The position numbers were made by a program, and so were the translations under genes. Shown in pieces: positions 23,840-35,029 of a stretch of DNA of 64,000 bases. The DNA is from Ranitomeya imitator (lineage: Eukaryota): NCBI RefSeq assembly GCF_032444005.1, contig NC_091291.1:129952001-130016000 (forward strand), read 5' to 3'. Under the pieces are notes generated by a model that made no database searches, had not been told where the DNA came from, and was given only the letters and a program-made list of their open reading frames with translations. How positions within the stretch are numbered: position 1 is the stretch's first letter; every line of letters starts with the position of its first letter.

Positions 23840-24880
23840 TAAAATACCCCATTTATCATAACATAGAAATATAGGAAAATTTGTGTGTGAGGGTAATGTG
23901 ATATTTTCATCAAACAGTGGGCCCCGATCAATGTTACCGGGGGGCCCTTGGCACCCTTGTCTGACACTATCTGCTGAACGTAAGTTAAAATCTGTGCAGT
24001 GTAGGCAACATGGGCCCCACTTGGGTTTGCCAGGTGCTTCGAGTTCTGCTGCTTTACAAGGGGCTGCCATGTTTTTTTCCAGTAATACCAAAATGCAAAG
24101 TGTAAGTACAGGTACTTTCCAGTATGCCATTCCTTCCTTTTCAGTGACCCTGATAGATCCCATATGGCGCTGTCTGTCTTCATACTAGTAGGTCACGTGC
24201 CGACCATCCAACCATGTGATCTATTGCGGTTGGTTTCGCCCACCAATTTATATGTGCTCCCTAACAATACACACATGGGACAGCTCCATCACTGCATTTA
24301 CCATAAAAGCTTCCCCTTGAAAAAGCAAACATATTGGAAGGCGAAACGCGCGTCGGGGTCTCTGTTGGTAGGATCCGACCCGGTGTATACTGCCCTATTA
24401 TTCAATACTGGTAAGCGCCGTTCATTACTGTTATTTTAGGCTGTGGGATATTTTTTACCCACTGGTTCACTTTCACAATTGACTTCGGGCTGCTTTTCCT
24501 TTTTGGCATCATGCATGTTATATAGGGGCAGTTCACGCCGGGGGATGCTCACCCTTTTAACTATCCTTATGCACTTTATTGTATATTGACTTGTTATGCA
24601 CTTTGTGCTTGTTAACTTAATACAATTTACTATCTTTCATTACTTTTATGCTCCCTTGGTACTCCTTTTTTAGTTATTTACTATAAAAGCGCATGCACGC
24701 AAATTACATACCATGCATACGTGGTCCGAGACCCAATATTGACCCATAAGATTGCATTAGAGTAAAGCATGCACTTTCTGAGATCCCTGTAGGCATTTAG
24801 TAAGGCAGATAAATTAATTATTGACAATGAAATTCTATATTTGTTTTACTTTGCATAAATCAATAGTACAAAAATACACG
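23840..24880 (+). mobile_element. Penelope-like element remnant (pseudo-LTR region)
   Basis: Inferred from the embedded PLE-type hammerhead; no RT or GIY-YIG ORF recognised. Boundaries approximate. Confidence 0.4.
24313..24358 (+). ncRNA. Type I hammerhead ribozyme, U3-A8 core variant
   Basis: CCCC-TTGAAAA-A-GC(aaacatattggaag)GC-GAAA-CGCGCG-TC-GGGG. Stem I is CCCC/GGGG, stem III is palindromic, and the predicted cut follows GUC at 24354. Confidence 0.7.
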
Positions 24881-24962
24881 TAAAACTTTCCAATATATTT
24901 TGAGTGAGATTTGTGGGTTTTTTTTCCATTTATGAGCCACTTCTTCTCATCCTTCTGCTTCC

Positions 24963-25472
24963 TTAAAGGGAACCGGTAACTAGAAAAAAAACCACTATTA
25001 ACCTGCAGATATGGGGTTAATCTGCAGGATAATAGCCTTATTAACCTGCCCGGTGCCTACACTTGGCCGAACGTTGCTGTGAGAAGATGAACTTTATTCT
25101 CCCCGGCAAAAGTTCAGCTTTCAGTCATAGCAGTAATGCCGGCGCGCAGGTTCAATCACTGCTCTGTGCATGGAGAACGGCGGCTCTGACCCAACATTGA
25201 CTGACAGCCGGCCCTAATGTTGATCCGCTGTCAGTCATGTTCGAGGGCGTAGATACAGAGCGGTGACTGAACCCGCACCGGCGCTGCCCCATGACTGGAA
25301 GCCGAACACTGCTGGGGAATAAAATTAATTTTCTCCACCCCCCCCCCCCCCCCCCCCCCAGCATTCAGCTAATTGCAGGCGCCGGGCAGGTTAATAATGC
25401 TATTAACGTGCAGATTAACCCCATATCTGCGGGTAAGTAGCGGTTTTTTTTTCTGGTGACAGGTTCCCTTTC
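24963..25472. mobile_element. T2/Kolobok-type MITE
   Basis: TTAAAGGGAACC ... GGTTCCCTTT termini with long subterminal inverted repeats (TTAACCTGCAGATATGGGGTTAATCTGCA). Confidence 0.7.
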
Positions 25473-25935
25473 ACTCATTTTTAATTCTAAAAAAAAAATA
25501 GCTAAAATCACTTTTAGTCAAAACAAGATCGACTGCCTGCTTATCGAGGGATCAGATTATTGAAGTCTATTGACTGGGAAGAGGGAGGAGCAAAGTGAAT
25601 GAGAGAAAGACAAAGACACTCACAGACACTATTTCTGCTTTCTAGTAAGTGTTTATCTCATCCCAGGTCTGGATTCACAGCTATTCTGCTCAGTAGCTGC
25701 AAAATCTCCTTTATAAACATGTGTTATGTAGAGACAGGGAAGCAGGTATCCCTCATGTCTGTATGTGCTGTGTAAAGGAGACATCATAACAGGTAGTCTA
25801 CACCCACTAGCTCAGAGACCACTGAAGATTGCAGATAGAGGCTGCAGAGGGGAAAACTGGTGAACACAAAATCAGGATGCAAGTTATAGAATGACCAGTG
25901 ATACTGTTATTAGTTTGATTTTTCTTCTATAACAG

Positions 25936-26133
25936 ATGTAAATGATGACATCTTGTACCTTAAATGTGCTAAGGATTACAACTGGACAAAGCTGGATGGT
26001 GAAACAGTGGCTAGTGGTAAGGACCTGAATTTGGGCTCCTTATGGAATGATCCTCGCGGTATCTATGCCCTCAAAAAAGCTGATGGCTCTGAAGACCATT
26101 TAGAACCTAAATATCTCCATGTGTTTGTGAGAA
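25936..26133 (+). CDS. CD3G/D: CD3gamma/delta exon 3 (Ig-like domain)
   Basis: cag|...|gtgagt, 198 nt, phase 1-1. Encodes VNDDILYLKCAKDYNWTKLDGETVASGKDLNLGSLWNDPRGIYALKKADGSEDHLEPKYLHVFVR with the CD3gamma/delta signature LG..W.DPRGIY. Confidence 0.92.
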
Positions 26134-26230
26134 GTGAGTACACACTGTCATTTGTGCTGTGGGGAGAAACTTGGTGAAGTTGGAAGATGTAGATTTTATA
26201 GAGTTTTTTCTTTTAGCTGGGTTACAAAAC

Positions 26231-26745
26231 ATTAATCCCTTCATGTTTATGTATAGGTACGTCATAGCTGATTTGATTAACTGCCATGTGTCCCTAACAG
26301 CCACAGGTGGAATAGCAGTCCACCCACGGCTGTTAACATGTTAAATGCCACTGTCAATCTCTGACATCGTCATTTGACTTGCGCTTACAGGAAGCCCGTC
26401 ACTAATCCTGCCCATCGTTGCCCCTGTCATATGATCGCAGGGCGCCGATAGGTTGTCATGATAGCCGGGGATCTGCAGAAGACCCTTGTGCTTGACACTG
26501 CAGATGTATGAATGCCAGTGTTCATAGGAGATGATGATTTGTGCTTCTGTGTAGCACAAGCGATCGGATAATCACAGCTTCAAGTAAGCAAGTAAAAAGT
26601 AGAAAAAAAAATGAAAGTTCAAATCACCCCCCTTTTCTCCCATTCAAAATAAAACTATAACAAAAGAATAAAAAATACACATATTTGGTATTGCCGCGTT
26701 CAGAAATACCCAGTCTACCAAAACATAAAAACAATACAGACAATA
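26231..26745. mobile_element. piggyBac-like non-autonomous fragment leading into a minisatellite
   Basis: Starts TTAATCCCTTCATG; degenerate body. Confidence 0.4.
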
Positions 26746-28190
26746 CATACAGATCCTACACCAGATCTCCTCTGCGTATATACTATAGAGAATACCCTCT
26801 CTGCGTACAGACCCTATACCAGATCTCCTCTCCTTACAGACCCTAGACCAGATCTCCTCTGCGTACAGACCCTAGACCAGATCTCCTCTCCATACAGACC
26901 CTAGACCAGATCTCCTCTGCGTACAGACCCTATACCAGATCTCCTCTGTGTACAGACCCTATACCACATCTCCTCTGTGTACAGACCCTATACCAGATCT
27001 CCTCTCCATACAGACCCTATACCACATCTCCTCTGTGTACAGACCCTATACCAGATCTCTTCTCCATACAGACCCTATACCACATCTCCTCTGTGTACAG
27101 ACCCTATACCAGATCTCCTCTCCATACAGACCCTATACCACATCTCCTCTGCGTACAGACCCTATACCAGATCTCCTCTCCGTACAGACCCTATACCAGA
27201 TCTCCTCTGTGTACAGACCCTATACCAGATCTCCTCTGTGTACAGACCCTATACCAGATCTCCTCTGTGTACAGACCCTATACCTGATCTCCTCTGTGTA
27301 CAGACCCTATACTAGATCTCCTCTGTGTACAGACCCTATACCAGATCTCTGCGTACAGACCCTATACCAGATCTCCTCTGCGTACAGACCCTATACCAGA
27401 TCTCCTCTGTGTACAGACCCTATACCAGATCTCCTCTGTGTACAGACCCTATACCAGATCTCCTCTCCATACAGACTCTAGACCAGATCTCCTCTCCATA
27501 CAGACTCTAGACCAGATCTCCTCTCCATACAGACTCTAGACCAGATCTCCTCTCCATACAGACCCTATACCAGATCTCTGTGTACAGACCCTATACCAGA
27601 TCTCCTCCGTGTACAGACCCTAGTCCAGATCTCCTCTGCGTACAGACCCTATACCAGATCTCCTCTGTGTACAGACCCTATACCAGATCTCCTCTGTGTA
27701 CAGACCCTATACCAGATCTCCTCTGTGTACAGACCCTATACCAGATCTCCTCTGTGTACCGACACTAGGCCAGATCTCCTCTGTGTACAGACCCTAATCC
27801 AGATCCCCTCTGTGTACAGACCCTAGTCCAGATCTCCTCTGTGTACCGACACTAGGCCAGATCTCCTCTGTGTACTGACACTAGACCAGATCTCCTGTGC
27901 ATACAGACCCTAGACCAGATCTCCTCTGTGAACAGACCCTACACCAGATCTCCTCTCCATACAGACCCTAGACCAGATCTTCTCTACATACAGACCCTAG
28001 ACAAGATCTTCTCTGCATACAGACCCTAGACCAGGTCTTCTCTCCATACAGACCCTAGACCAGATCTTCTCTACATACAGACCCTAGACAAGATCTTCTC
28101 TGCATACAGACCCTAGACCAGATCTCCTCTCCATACAGACCCTAGACCAGATCTCCTTTACATACAGACCCTAGACCAAGCTTCCCCTTT
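26745..28190. repeat. 29-bp minisatellite (about 50 copies) in CD3gamma/delta intron 3
   Basis: Unit CCAGATCTCCTCTGTGTACAGACCCTATA; period 29 checked at 27182 and 27211. Confidence 0.97.
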
Positions 28191-28670
28191 TCACAGACCG
28201 TAGACCAGTACTCTGCTCTGTGCTGACCCAAGACTAGTTCTCTGTTTCACATGCCCCATACAAGTCCCTTCACTGTTTGCAGACTCCAAACCATATGTAT
28301 CTGGATTTGGTCCTGGGCAGGTCTCTAGAGAGTAGAAAAATGCCAGAATGGGTATAGATGGCAGTATGGGGCATGTGGGAGTTTTGTGGCTATTCTGACA
28401 GTCCAGGAGAGCCCTCCATTGCTGGGAGTTACCAGACATAACAGAAGAGTTGGGGCATACACTACAATCACTTCTACTAGACTAGGCTACACATAGACAA
28501 ACATGAGACCAAAGAACAAAAACAATGCTCAGTATTTAAAAGTAACTCAAAGATAGGAATGTACGGTAATCGTTTGATGCCTACGGACAAAAGATATTAT
28601 AACCACCTTTTGCATATCCCATTTTTTATAGCAACTTACCATATGAGCATATACTTTCTCTGTTTGTCAG

Positions 28671-28802
28671 GATGCATGAACTGCATAGAGCTGAACCCGG
28701 GAACCATTGCTGGCTTCATCGTAGCTGATGTAATTATGATTGGTCTTATCGCCATGGCTGTATATTTTGTTTCTGGATCAGAAATGCGTCGCCCAGCACG
28801 AG
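28671..28802 (+). CDS. CD3G/D: CD3gamma/delta exon 4 (CxxC stalk plus transmembrane)
   Basis: 132 nt encoding RCMNCIELNPGTIAGFIVADVIMIGLIAMAVYFVSGSEMRRPAR: CxxCxE motif and an intramembrane Asp. Confidence 0.96.
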
Positions 28803-28954
28803 GTTAGATGATAGTTTCTTAGATTTTGGGTATATTGCGTATTTCAGATATTGTGCAGTTGTATGCAAACATGTAGCCAAATTTCACAAGGTAGATTACA
28901 TGTATTATTATGTTGCTCATTTTTAAAAATGTAAACTCAATCTCTGTCCACTTT

Positions 28955-29735
28955 GCCTGATTGACAGCTCCTCAGTGTCCCTCCTCCTTGCTGATTCTGA
29001 ATCTCTGCCCATCCAGTCTGATTGACAGCTCCTCAGTGTCCCTCCTCCTTGCTGATTCTGAATCTCTGCCCACCCAGCCTGATTGACAGCTCCTCAGTGT
29101 CCCTCCTCCTTGCTGCTGCTGAATCTCTGCCCATCCAGCCTAATTGACAGCTCCTTAGGGTCCCACCTCTCTGCTGCTGGTCTTCCATCCTTCTGGCCCA
29201 ATTGACAATTCCTCAATATCCCTCCTCATTGCTGCTGCTGAATCTCAGCCCAACCAGTCTAATTGACATTTCCTTAAGGTCCCCCTCCCTGCTGCTGATC
29301 TCCTAGCCTGATTGACAATTCCTCGGTGTCCCTTCTCCTGCTGCTAAATAATTTTCCACCAAAACTGGATTGACAGCTCCTCACTGTCCCTCCTTCCTTC
29401 TGATTCTCTGCCTTGATTGACAGCTCTTCACTGTCCCTCCTCTCTGCTGCTGTATCGCCACCCAACTATCCTTGATTGACAACTCCTTCGTGTCCCTCCT
29501 CCATGCTGCTGCTGAAGCTAGTATGTTTCACAGCTCTGTGTTTTTCCTCCCTGCTGCAGCTGAATGTCCACCCAACTAGCCTGATTGACAGCTCCTCAGT
29601 GTCCCTCCTCCTTGCTAGTAAATCTTTGCCTGCTTATCCTGAGTAACAACTACTCAAAGTCCTTCCTCCCTGCTACTGAATCTCTTCCTGACTAGCATGA
29701 CTTACAAACCCTCAGTGTCCCTCCTCCCTGCTGCT
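28955..29735. repeat. Degenerate tandem repeat, unit about 61 bp
   Basis: Recurrent TGATTGACAGCTCCTCAGTGTCCCTCCTCCTTGCTG; period 61 checked at 28961 and 29022. Confidence 0.88.
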
Positions 29736-30126
29736 ACTTTAATCTCACACTGCTCAGTATAAGCTGCAACAATCAGGCTGTGTGGTGGAGAGGAATATAC
29801 TTGGACTCACGAGTTCTCTTACTCTACATTGAGGCATCGAGGAGTCATCATAAAGTGTTTGTTTTAATACCAGGACACTTTTTTTTTTGCAAATGTGAAA
29901 AATAAAATCACTTTATTGTGAATTTGGCCTTATAGCCTGTTATAGCAGAGACTAGATTGGACTTTTAGAACGGATAATGACCTGATCAGATCATGTAATC
30001 TTTTTGCATAAATCACGCGGATTATCGACTGCTTGTGACCCCAGCCCTCTGTACATTAAAGTCCAAAATACACCAAACTCAAAATGAGATTCATTTCATC
30101 AATATGTTTTTCCCACCTTTTTTTAG

Positions 30127-30170
30127 CTTCTGACAAACAGAATCTGATTGAAAACAATGCTGACTATCAG
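30127..30170 (+). CDS. CD3G/D: CD3gamma/delta exon 5 (ASDKQNLIENNADYQ)
   Basis: tttttag|...CAG|gtgagt, 44 nt. Contains a DxxxLI motif like human CD3G SDKQTLL and the first ITAM tyrosine. Confidence 0.95.
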
Positions 30171-30259
30171 GTGAGTAGTAATACGGACGGTGAGTAATAG
30201 CGCAGCATTAGTGGAAGACACGAAACTGATGGCGGAAATTGAATAAATTACTAATTTTT

Positions 30260-30945
30260 GTTAATAGTATTGGGGGACACAGGACTGGGGGTCTAGGCGT
30301 GGCCACTAGGTGGATAGCCACGGAATGTATCCGAATGAACAACTGTGGGTACCGGAGGCAAAGTGGCCAGGAAGGGACCCTCAAGAACTGGAAAAGGACC
30401 TCCATAAGAGCGGAAAACCAGCAGTATGAGGAGGATTCATTTGAGGTGGTCAAAATAATGGGCTCCCGGGAAATTGTGGAACAGAGAGGAAGCCCAAAGG
30501 GGAATAACAGTAGGGTAGTCCGATAAATAGGAAACTTTCAGAAAAAAAGAAGGAACGGGACAGGCTGAGATAAGCCATAACAGACATCTTCGAACATCCC
30601 TTTTAGTGGTCTTTCACAACGGTGGTGACACTGGCACCCGCAGGGAAGTACACTATGGTGGAGATTACCTGGTTTCCACCCTGGACTAAGGTAATCAAAG
30701 TGCACCACCTAAAAAAATAAAACGTCTAAAAGTAAAAAATAAAGAAGTGAAGCGGACTAAAGGTCATGTCTGCCTCCTACAGACACTAAACTAAAAACTG
30801 AGCTGCCCACTGTCCTAGGGGAGGGTATAGTCCACTGGGTGGAGCCAATAGTGTCACGCCACTTAGCGGCAGGGCATGTATCCCATGGTCCTCCAACGCA
30901 TTCAAGACAGGGATTTTACGGCAAGTACAAGAATCCAGATATCTC
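30260..30945. mobile_element. Internally deleted non-autonomous DIRS element (about 0.7 kb)
   Basis: Left end ATTGGGGGACACAGGAC (30269-30285) is identical to the terminus of the DIRS at 3455. 30765-30900 resembles that terminal repeat in the opposite orientation. Ends with GGATTTTACGGCAAGTACAAGAATCC. No ORFs. Confidence 0.6.
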
Positions 30946-31061
30946 TGAAACACTACAATCAAGTGGCCAGAATGCAACTCTCTAAAATACGTAATTAATC
31001 AATTCTTCAGAGTTTGCAAGACCTCTGCATACTTTCCTTGAATAGAAATATTTATGTTTAA

Positions 31062-31557
31062 GGCCTCATTAATGCCAATTATTTTGAGCCGACTTTGATC
31101 AAAGTGTGGTCCGAGTGTCATCAGCTTTTCTCATACGTGGAGAAGAAAAAAAGAAAAGTTTCTACATCTTCTGTGTCACAATCTGTGAAAATGTGACTGC
31201 ACTCGGAAGCCATCGGAGTGCTGTCCGATTCTTTTCACAGACCCATAGACTTAAATTGACCATGTGGATCCAACGCTTGGATTAAAATCAGACTTGTCTT
31301 TGCCATCGGACGTGTCTCCGCCATTGGACGTGTCTCCGCCATTTGACGTGTCTCCACCATTGGACGTGTCTCCGCCATTGGACGTGTCTCCACCATTGGA
31401 CGTGTCTCCGCCATTGGACGTGTTTCCGCCATCGGACGTGTCTCCGCCATCGGACGGGTCTCCGCCATCAGATGGGTCTCCGCCAAAAAATCATGTATAT
31501 GTGAATAGCCTTTTAGACTATGACAGATGCGCTAAAATCATATATGTGAATGAGGCC
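31062..31557. mobile_element. Harbinger-type MITE carrying an internal 18-bp tandem repeat (31304-31486)
   Basis: TAA|GGCCTCATT ... AATGAGGCC|TAA; internal unit CCGCCATTGGACGTGTCT, about 10 copies. Confidence 0.75.
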
Positions 31558-31630
31558 TAATTGACATTTTTTTTCAAGAGGAGACTTCCTATTAAGCAAA
31601 TGTTAGATATTCTTTGAAAAATCTAAACAA

Positions 31631-32387
31631 TAAAGGTACCGTCACATTTAGCGACACTGCAGCGATATAGACAACGATGCCGATCGCTGCAGCGTCGCTT
31701 TTTAGGTCGTTGTGTGGTCGCTGGAGAGCTGTCACACAGACAGCTCTCCAGCGACCAACGATGCCGGAGTCCCCGGGTAACCAGGGTAAACATCGGGTTA
31801 CTAAGCGCAGGGCCGCGCTTAGTAACCCGATGTTTACCCTGGTTACCATTGTAAAAGTTAAAAAAAACAAACACTACATACTTACATTTCGGTGTCTGTC
31901 CCCCGGCGTCAGCTTCCCTGCACTGTGTCAGCGCCGGCCGGCCGTAAAGCAGAGCACAGCGGTGACGTCACCGCTGTGCTCTGCTTTATGGCCGGCCGGC
32001 GCTGACACAGTCAGTGCGGGAAGCTGACGCCGGGGGACAGACACCGGAATGTAAGTATGTACTGTTTGTTTTTTTTTACTTTTACAATGGTAACCAGGGT
32101 AAATATCGGGTTACTAAGCGCGGCCCTGCGCTTAGTAACCCGATGTTTACCCTGGTTACCAGTGAACACATCGCTGGATTGGCGTCACACACTCCGATTC
32201 AGCGATGTCATCGGGTGATCAGCAACCAAATAAAGGTCCTGATCATTCCCCAGTGACCAACGATCTCCCAGCAGGGGCCTGATCGTTGGTCGCTCTCACG
32301 CATAACGATTTTGTTAATGATATCGTTGCTACGTCACAAAAAGCAACGATATCGTTAACGAAATCGTTATGTGTGAAGGTACCTTTA
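31631..32387. mobile_element. Palindromic MITE with nested hairpins
   Basis: Ends TAAAGGTACC...GGTACCTTTA; 33-bp-stem hairpins at 31776-31847 and 32089-32160; central palindrome on TGACGTCA (31963-31970). Confidence 0.85.
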
Positions 32388-32717
32388 GGTAACAGTTGTG
32401 CCTATTAAATTGTGCCTAGAGGTGTCATAATTTTAGGCTGGTTTCGCATATCTGAGTTTCATGGTCCTAGTACCGACCTGATGTCCTCAAGGGACACAGG
32501 ACTCTTGACCTAAACACAAGAGCCTCATTGGTTTATATATATGAGGGTGAGTTTTGGGTATGGAGACCCGTGGCCGGTCCCGTCTGTTTTCGGAGTGTGA
32601 AATTTGGATATGTGAAGTTGACCTTACATGGGACCCTAACGAGCACTGATTAACAATATAGCAAGTCCCCCGATCCTCGTTTTCTTGCCTATAATGATCT
32701 TTATTCTCTTTTCTCAG

Positions 32718-32786
32718 GTGTTAGGCCGGCGTGATAACGATCAGTACAGCCACCTTGCTCCTCGCCCTAAGAGAGGAGGCTTTTGA
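32718..32786 (+). CDS. CD3G/D: CD3gamma/delta exon 6 (VLGRRDNDQYSHLAPRPKRGGF*)
   Basis: ttttctcag| acceptor; completes the ITAM YQVL-x7-YSHL; TGA stop. Confidence 0.95.
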   Translation: MLGRRDNDQYSHLAPRPKRGGF

Positions 32787-32911
32787 GATCGCAGGGATCT
32801 GTCCGTCTTTGCGTTTTGGGGCATTTGAGAATATCGGCGCTGACTTCATTACACGATTTTAACCTCCAGCAATGGAAAATATTCTCTGCCTTCATCTGTT
32901 TCTCTGTGCTG

Positions 32912-32917
32912 AATAAA
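32912..32917 (+). terminator. Polyadenylation signal of CD3gamma/delta
   Basis: AATAAA 125 nt after the stop codon. Confidence 0.6.
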
Positions 32918-33419
32918 TGATTGAAAACAACGGAAATCCTGTGGGGTTATTTTGCTGACGGGGGGGGAGAATCTCCCACCTGCGATTTTACATGTTCAAA
33001 GTCGAGCACGAAAAGGCTGAATGAAAAGGAAGTGGAGACAAGAATGTAACTGAAAAACTGAGTGTGAGAGAGAGAAATAAGAGTGCAAGGTGTAGAAAAG
33101 GAGGGGAGAATAAAGTATACAGTAATGGACGCTTATATTAGCATATGGTCAATCCAGTCCATGGGGCTGCATGAAATAAAAGTGCAATTAATGGAGAACT
33201 GACCACCGGGACACTCATCAGTTGCCCATTACAAGAAGTCACATGGCCACATTACCCTCCATCTGCCGTAGTACAGGTAGTAATCTAGATGTTGCAAGGA
33301 AGTCTATCATTTGCCTTTGTACTCGTTTTTTTATGACTCTTCCAATGTGTCAGGTTGCTGCTGATGAGGTTTCTTTGGAGATTAGAGGGCCTCTATGGAA
33401 AGACTTTGCAATAGCTACT

Positions 33420-35000
33420 CTGCTTGAGGTCAGGAGGAAAGTTAGGGTCAGAAATGGGAGGACGGTACTAGAAACAAAGCCAGCAGGCAGGAACGAGGTC
33501 AGGAGGATAGCCGGGGTCAGAATGGGAGGACGGTACCAGACTCAAAACCAGCAGGCAGGAACGAGGTCAAGAGGATAGCCAGGGTCAGGAATGGGAGGAT
33601 GGTACCAGACTCAAAACCAGCAGGCAGGAACGAGGTTAGGAGGATAGCCGGGATCAGGAATGGGAGGACGGTGCCAGAGTAAAAACCAGCAGGTAAGAAT
33701 GAGGTCAGAAGGATAGCCGGAGTCAGAAATGGGAGGACAGTACCAGAGTCAAAACCAGCAGGCAGGAACGAGGTCAGGAGGATAGCTGGGATCAGGAATG
33801 GGAGGGCAGTACCAGAGTAAAAACCAGCAGGCAGGAACGAGGTCAGGAGGATAGCCGGGGTCAGGAATGGGAGGGTTGTTCCAGAGTAAAAACCAGCAGG
33901 CAGGAATGAGGTCAGGAGGGTAGCCGGGGGCAGAAATTGGAGGACAGTACCAGAGTCAAAACCAGCAGGCAGTAACTAGGTCAGGAGGATAGTTGGGGTC
34001 AGGAATGGGAGGACAGTACCACAGTCAAAACCAGCAGGCAGGAACGAGGTCAGGAGGATAGACCGGATCAGGAATGTGAGGACAGTATGAGAGTCAAAAC
34101 CAGCAGGCAGGAACGAGGTCAGGAGGATAGTTTGGGTGAGAAATGGTAGGATGGTACTAGAGTCAAAACCAGCAGACAGGAATGAGGTTAGGAGGATACT
34201 TGGGGTCAGAAATGGGAGAATGATAACAGGCATAACAAAGCAGGCAGGAATGAGGTCAGTAGGATAGCCGGGATCAGGAATGGAAGGACGGTATGAGAGT
34301 CAAAACCAGCACACAGGAACGAGGTCAGGAGGATAGTTTGGGTGAGAAATGGGAGTACGGTACCAGAGTAAAAACTAGCAGGTGGGAACAAGGTCAGGAG
34401 GATAGTTGGGGGTCAGAAATGGGAGAACGATACCAGAGGCAAAGCCAGCAGGCAGGAATGAGGTCAGGAGGATAGCCGGGATAAGGAATGGGAGGGCAGT
34501 ACCAGAGTAAAAACCAGCAGGCAGGAATGAGATCAGGAGGATAGTTGGGGTCAGAAATGGGATAAAGTGTAAAGGAACAAAACCAGCAGACGGAAACAAG
34601 GTCAGAGGGATAGCCGGTGTCAAATTAAGAGGTACAGAACAAAGACAAAAACCATCAGAGAGGAATGAGGTCAGGAGGAAAGCGGGGGGGGGGGGGTGAA
34701 CAGAGTCAGGATGGTACCAGACAAAGCCAGCATGCAGGTACATTTTCAGGACAATAACCAGTGTCAGAACAGGAAAGACAATACAAAAAAACAAAACCAG
34801 CAGGTGTTGCTGATGTTAGGAGGATAGCCAATGTCAAAACAGGAATGGGATCAGACAGGAACTAGCTTAGGAGGATAGCCGAGGGCAAACCCACAGGCAC
34901 AGAACCAGGAGGATCGCAGGGGTCAGACACAGGAGGACAGTACCGCAGACAAAACTAGCGAGCAGGGATGACGTCAGGAGGATAGCCAAAGACAATATAA
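33420..35000. repeat. 68-69-bp tandem repeat (about 22 copies)
   Basis: Unit CAGCAGGCAGGAACGAGGTCAGGAGGATAGCCGGGGTCAG(A)AATGGGAGGACGGTACCAGAGTCAAAAC; periods 68 and 69 at 33481, 33549 and 33618. Confidence 0.93.
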
Positions 35001-35029
35001 GAGGGGTGGGACATTCTAACATAACCTTA

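Noticed and set aside
26948-27768. Repetitive ORFs (YRPYTRSPL...)
   Set aside because: Products of the 29-bp minisatellite.
31235-31560. MAETRP-repeat ORFs
   Set aside because: Translation of an 18-bp repeat inside a MITE.
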